NCBI GenBank assembly: GCA_963753345.1
Contig: CAVWBU010000032.1
Span: forward strand, 64,001-128,000
DNA length: 64,000 nt
Reading direction: 5' to 3'
Source: an uncultured Fibrobacterota bacterium
GTDB taxonomy: Bacteria > Fibrobacterota > Chitinivibrionia > Chitinivibrionales > FEN-1185
Below, piece by piece: positions 60,270 to 64,000 of the stretch. The notes under the pieces were generated by a model. It saw nothing but the letters and a program-made list of their open reading frames with translations. It made no database searches and was not told where the DNA came from. Within the stretch, counting starts at the first letter, position 1; each line of letters opens with the position of its first letter. A program made the translations under genes and the position numbers.

Positions 60270-61334
60270 ATGAAAGTCCTCTACTACATCACCTCACACG
60301 GTTACGGCCATGCGGTGCGGTCCGCCGCAATTTGCAACCTCCTGTCGGCCCGTACCGAGGTGGTGTTCCGCACCACCGTTCCCCGGCGGTTCTTCGAGGA
60401 GGAAGTAAAACGTCCGTTCACCTGCGCGCCCGCCGAGTTCGACTGCGGGTGCATTCAGACCGACGGCGTCACGGTCGATGAAGAAAAAACGCTCTATCGC
60501 TACCGCGAGATCGCGCGAGCAAACGCGCGCCTTTTGAACAAGGAAGCCGCGTGGTGCGCAACGAACGGGGTTTCCGTCATCGCAAGCGACATCGTTCCCT
60601 TTGCGTTCGAGGTCGCCCGGACGGCGGGCATCCCGTCGGTCGCAACCACGAATTTTACCTGGCACACCATTTACGAGGAATACGCGTCGCGGGCGCCGTG
60701 GTTCTCGCCGGAACTTGACAAGATAAGAGAACAGCATTCCGCCGCCGACCTCCTCCTGGCCATGTTCCCCGCGAACCCGATGCCGTACTTTGCGAACAGG
60801 AAAGACGTCGGCCCGGTGGGCCGCCGGGGGGCGGATGTGCGCAACCGCCTTCTCGACGAGGCCGGCGCAGGTCCCGACCGGAACGTGGGGCTTATCTACG
60901 CGGGCAACTTCGGCATGGACGGCGTCCAATGGCGGGCGCTGGAGAAGTTCGGCGATTGGGAATTTTTCGGGTTGTATCCTCTCAAGGATGCGCCCGCCAA
61001 TTACCACCGCATTTCGAAACGCGCCTTTCGCTACCAGGACTGCATCGCGTCGGCCGACGTCATGATCGCCAAGCTCGGCTACGGCACCTGCGCGGAATGT
61101 TTCATCAACGGCCTGCCTATCGTCTACCTGCCGCGAGAGGGGTTCGCCGAATTCCCCGTTCTGCATGCGGCCGTGACCGACTGGGGCCACGGCTACCTTC
61201 TGTCAAGAGAGGACTTTTACGGCCTTGCCTGGGGTGATGCGCTCGGCCGTGCAACAAAGCGGGGCAGGCCCGCGGTAGTGGCCCCGGACGGCGCGCTCGC
61301 GTGTGCGCGGGAGATCGAACGGCTCGTGAGGTAG
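60270..61334 (+). CDS. GT-B fold glycosyltransferase-like protein (arabinokinase N-terminal-like)
   Basis: YYITSHGYGHAVR, SDI.P, NFTW..IY, D..IAKLGYGT..E, R..F.E. Confidence 0.8.
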   Translation: MKVLYYITSHGYGHAVRSAAICNLLSARTEVVFRTTVPRRFFEEEVKRPFTCAPAEFDCGCIQTDGVTVDEEKTLYRYREIARANARLLNKEAAWCATNGVSVIASDIVPFAFEVARTAGIPSVATTNFTWHTIYEEYASRAPWFSPELDKIREQHSAADLLLAMFPANPMPYFANRKDVGPVGRRGADVRNRLLDEAGAGPDRNVGLIYAGNFGMDGVQWRALEKFGDWEFFGLYPLKDAPANYHRISKRAFRYQDCIASADVMIAKLGYGTCAECFINGLPIVYLPREGFAEFPVLHAAVTDWGHGYLLSREDFYGLAWGDALGRATKRGRPAVVAPDGALACAREIERLVR

Positions 61335-61372
61335 GTCAGAAGCGAACGCGCATGCAAAGGACAAGAAAAAGC

Positions 61373-61401
61373 TTGTGAAATCAAAAATTCGCATGTATAC
61401 T
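61373..61401 (+). promoter_or_regulatory. sigma70-like promoter of the vapBC-type operon
   Basis: TTGTGA-N17-TATACT, followed by GGAGG RBS. Confidence 0.6.
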
Positions 61402-61420
61402 TTTATTGGAGGAAAAAACC

Positions 61421-61651
61421 ATGATGAGCACTGTTACCACACGCGGCCAGACCGCCATTCCCGCCGCAATCCGCCGGCGGTATAATATCAAACCGCAGAG
61501 CCGTATCGAATGGATCGACGACGGCCACAGCATTGCGGTGGTCCCGGTTTCCGAAGATGCCGTGAAGTCATTGCGGGGAAGATTCCGGCATTTCAACCTG
61601 AGCGCTGCGCTTGCCGGTCTGCGCAGGGAAGAGCGGCGGCGTGGCAGATAA
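61421..61651 (+). CDS. AbrB/MazE-family antitoxin
   Basis: STVTTRGQTAIPAAIRRRYNI. Confidence 0.88.
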   Translation: MMSTVTTRGQTAIPAAIRRRYNIKPQSRIEWIDDGHSIAVVPVSEDAVKSLRGRFRHFNLSAALAGLRREERRRGR

Positions 61652-62066
61652 GGCGTTCGTGCTGGACACGTCGGCGCTTCTGGCTTTTGTTCAGAATGAA
61701 GCCGGCGCCGAAAGGGTCGACCAGATCCTCAGGGCCGGCAGGAAGCGTGACTGCGGCGTCTTCATTTCGTTTGTGTCAATGGCCGAGCTATACTACGTTT
61801 CGTGGCGGGAGGCCGGGCGCTCGGCCGCGTTGGAGCTCATTGTCAACGTGAAGGCCCTTCCGGTCACCATCATCGAGTCGGCCGAAAGGCTTACCCTGCT
61901 TGCGGGAAGCATAAAGGCCACCTCTCGTCTTTCTCTGGCCGATGCCTTCATTGCGGCCACAGCGTCGCATATCGGCGGAATTCTTGTGCACAAGGATCCG
62001 GAATTCGAACAGGTTGAAAACCTGGTTGCAACGGAACAACTGCCGTACAAGAAATCAACCCGCTGA
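61641..62066 (+). CDS. VapC-family PIN-domain toxin
   Basis: VLDTSALLA, S..E, LSLADAFIAATA, D.EF; overlaps the antitoxin stop. Confidence 0.9.
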   Translation: MADKAFVLDTSALLAFVQNEAGAERVDQILRAGRKRDCGVFISFVSMAELYYVSWREAGRSAALELIVNVKALPVTIIESAERLTLLAGSIKATSRLSLADAFIAATASHIGGILVHKDPEFEQVENLVATEQLPYKKSTR

Positions 62067-62071
62067 GCCAA

Positions 62072-63133
62072 GTGGCGGAGGTCCATCCCGTGCCTCGAAT
62101 AACCTTCCCTTCCTCCGAGTACCGGCTCCTCGAATCCCTCAAGCCTTTCCTTAACTACAGGAAGAACGCCCGGTACCCGGTTGGCATCGGCGACGATGCT
62201 GCAGTGCGCACCTGTTCGAAGGGCGAAAGGCTTGTCATCACCGCAGATTCATTTGTCCAAGATGTGCATTTCAGGCTTTCGTACATGACGCTTGAAGAGG
62301 TGGGGTACAAGGCAGCGGCGATCAACCTGAGTGATTGCGCGGCCGTGGCCGCGGTGCCCGACGGCGCGCTTGTCCAGGTCATCTTCCCGAAGACTCTGAA
62401 CAAAGGACAAATCGGTGACGGGATTAGACAGCTTTACAAAGGGCTTAACAGTGCGTGCAGAAAATGGGATTTTCCGATTGTGGGCGGCAATTTGTCCGCA
62501 GGACCATGCTGGATTATCGACATAACGCTGCTTGGCAGACAGGGAAAATCAGGCCGGCTGCTTTTGCGAACCGGAGCGAAGAAGGGCGATGGGCTCTGGG
62601 TGACGGGTACGCCGGGCGATTCCGCTGCAGGCCTCGCCGCTCTCAAGAAGTGGGGACGACGCCATGTGCCGGCAAGGTTCAAAACGCTGGTGTTGCGCCA
62701 TATCCGGCCTCAACCGCGCATCGAAATCGGCCGCGCGCTCGGCGGCGATCGCAGGGTGCATGCGCTCATCGATGTCTCCGACGGCATTTCCAAGGACAGC
62801 CGCACGTTGTCGTTTGAAAACGGGCTGGGGATTGAACTCGTTGGCGAGCCGGCCTGCGTTTCGCCCGCCGCCCGCCGCCTTGCAAAGGTGCTGGACGTTG
62901 ACTGGCGAGAATGGTATCTGAACGGCGGCGAGGACTACGAACTTATGTTTGCCGCCGCGCCCGAATTTGATCCGCGCATGATTGCCGCCCGATGTAACGT
63001 CCCGCTCACGCGCATCGGCACGTTTGTCGCGCACACCCAAGGAGTGCTGCTACGACACGCGGATGGCGGCACCTGTCGCCCGGGCCGGGGCGGGTGGGAT
63101 CATCTCCGGAAGGACATTCTTCAACAGACGTGA
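62072..63133 (+). CDS. thiL: thiamine-monophosphate kinase
   Basis: GIGDDAA, VHF, NLSDCAA, VTGTPGDS, IDVSDG, GGEDYEL. Confidence 0.95.
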   Translation: MAEVHPVPRITFPSSEYRLLESLKPFLNYRKNARYPVGIGDDAAVRTCSKGERLVITADSFVQDVHFRLSYMTLEEVGYKAAAINLSDCAAVAAVPDGALVQVIFPKTLNKGQIGDGIRQLYKGLNSACRKWDFPIVGGNLSAGPCWIIDITLLGRQGKSGRLLLRTGAKKGDGLWVTGTPGDSAAGLAALKKWGRRHVPARFKTLVLRHIRPQPRIEIGRALGGDRRVHALIDVSDGISKDSRTLSFENGLGIELVGEPACVSPAARRLAKVLDVDWREWYLNGGEDYELMFAAAPEFDPRMIAARCNVPLTRIGTFVAHTQGVLLRHADGGTCRPGRGGWDHLRKDILQQT

Positions 63134-63278
63134 CTCCTCCCTGATCCGACCGAAGGCCGGACTGCCTTACCATGAAGAACGAAGTGACGATCCCCGCCGC
63201 GTGGGGCGGCGTTCCTCAAGAACGCGGATCGGATCAACACACTACCATCCGCCAACCTGGTAATGTATTTTTGAAAAC

Positions 63279-64000
63279 ATGATGCAACGACGGCGAAAGA
63301 AACTGGGTGAAATCCTCATCGCCCAGGGAATGATCACCAACGAGCAGCTGGTGGAAGCCCTGCAGGTGCACAAGCGCACGGGCGTAAGCCTCGGCACCGT
63401 GCTGGTGAACCTCGGCTACATTTCCGAAGAAGACCTCACCGGAACCCTGGGCGCCCAGATCCAGCTCGAGCAGCGCAAGCGGATCGGCGAAATCCTCATC
63501 GACCAGGGGCTTATCAACCAGGATCAACTGCAACAGGGGCTCGAAGAACAGAAAAAGACCGGGCAGCCGATAGGAAAATGCCTCATCGGGCTGAAATTAA
63601 TCTCCGAAGACAAGCTCGTGGACGCCCTGTCGGCCCAGCTTGACATCCAGCGCGTCGTGCTCGAGAATTTCAATTTCGACCGCGACCTTGTCACCCGCAT
63701 TCCCGAGGACATGGCCCGGCGCTACAAGGCGATTACGCTCTTTGAGAGAGACGGCATTCTCACCGTTGCTTTGGCCGACCCCTCCAACCTGCGCACCATA
63801 GACCATTTCAAATTCAAGACCGGCAAGGAAATCGATCCGGTCATCGCGACCGAGAAGAGCATCATGGCCGCGATCGAAAAGAATTATTCCACCAGCGTGC
63901 AGCAGATGTCCGAACTGCTCGGCTCGGTGCATGTTGACGAACTGGACGTGGTGAAACACGAGGAGGAGGAGGAGGAGGGCGGCGGGCTCACCGACGAGGA
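63279..64000 (+). CDS. GspE/PilB-family secretion/pilus ATPase, N-terminal part (runs off the window)
   Basis: my translation: MMQRRRKKLGEILIAQG...LGTVLVNLG...RIGEILIDQG...IGKCLI (tandem MshEN-like motifs), then VALADPSNL. Confidence 0.85.
   Translation, partial: MMQRRRKKLGEILIAQGMITNEQLVEALQVHKRTGVSLGTVLVNLGYISEEDLTGTLGAQIQLEQRKRIGEILIDQGLINQDQLQQGLEEQKKTGQPIGKCLIGLKLISEDKLVDALSAQLDIQRVVLENFNFDRDLVTRIPEDMARRYKAITLFERDGILTVALADPSNLRTIDHFKFKTGKEIDPVIATEKSIMAAIEKNYSTSVQQMSELLGSVHVDELDVVKHEEEEEEGGGLTDE

Overview
GC-rich bacterial chromosomal window. A TIGR02147-type regulator and several T9SS-like C-terminal sorting tails suggest Fibrobacterota/Chitinivibrionia (inference). Housekeeping genes include polA, lysC, an lpxL-like gene, gatA, htrA, truA, holA, waaA, folB, fusA, thiL and a partial PilB/GspE ATPase. 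Accessory genes include secreted and outer-membrane proteins (beta-propeller repeat protein, TonB receptor, two GH88/105 paralogs, a di-heme oxidoreductase, a fungal-TOS1-like lipoprotein), an orphan DNA methyltransferase and two toxin-antitoxin pairs. The main unexplained signal is a dispersed non-coding element at about 10 intergenic loci. It is built from two different multi-stem modules, here called A (3' end ...GGGGAACGCCCAA) and B (3' end ...GAGGGGGAnACTTCCCCCAC). The modules sit back-to-back on opposite strands, show compensatory base changes and carry many C-GNA-G triloop hairpins, which suggests folding as single-stranded DNA. One copy brackets an HD-domain gene and another is reduced to its two outer ends. 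No transposase or reverse transcriptase is in the window. The first ~3.3 kb (broken recombinase/NACHT remnants, long poly-A tracts) and frameshifts in fusA, lysC, an AraC gene, an HD gene and a U32 gene indicate residual sequencing/assembly error, so pseudogene calls are tentative.
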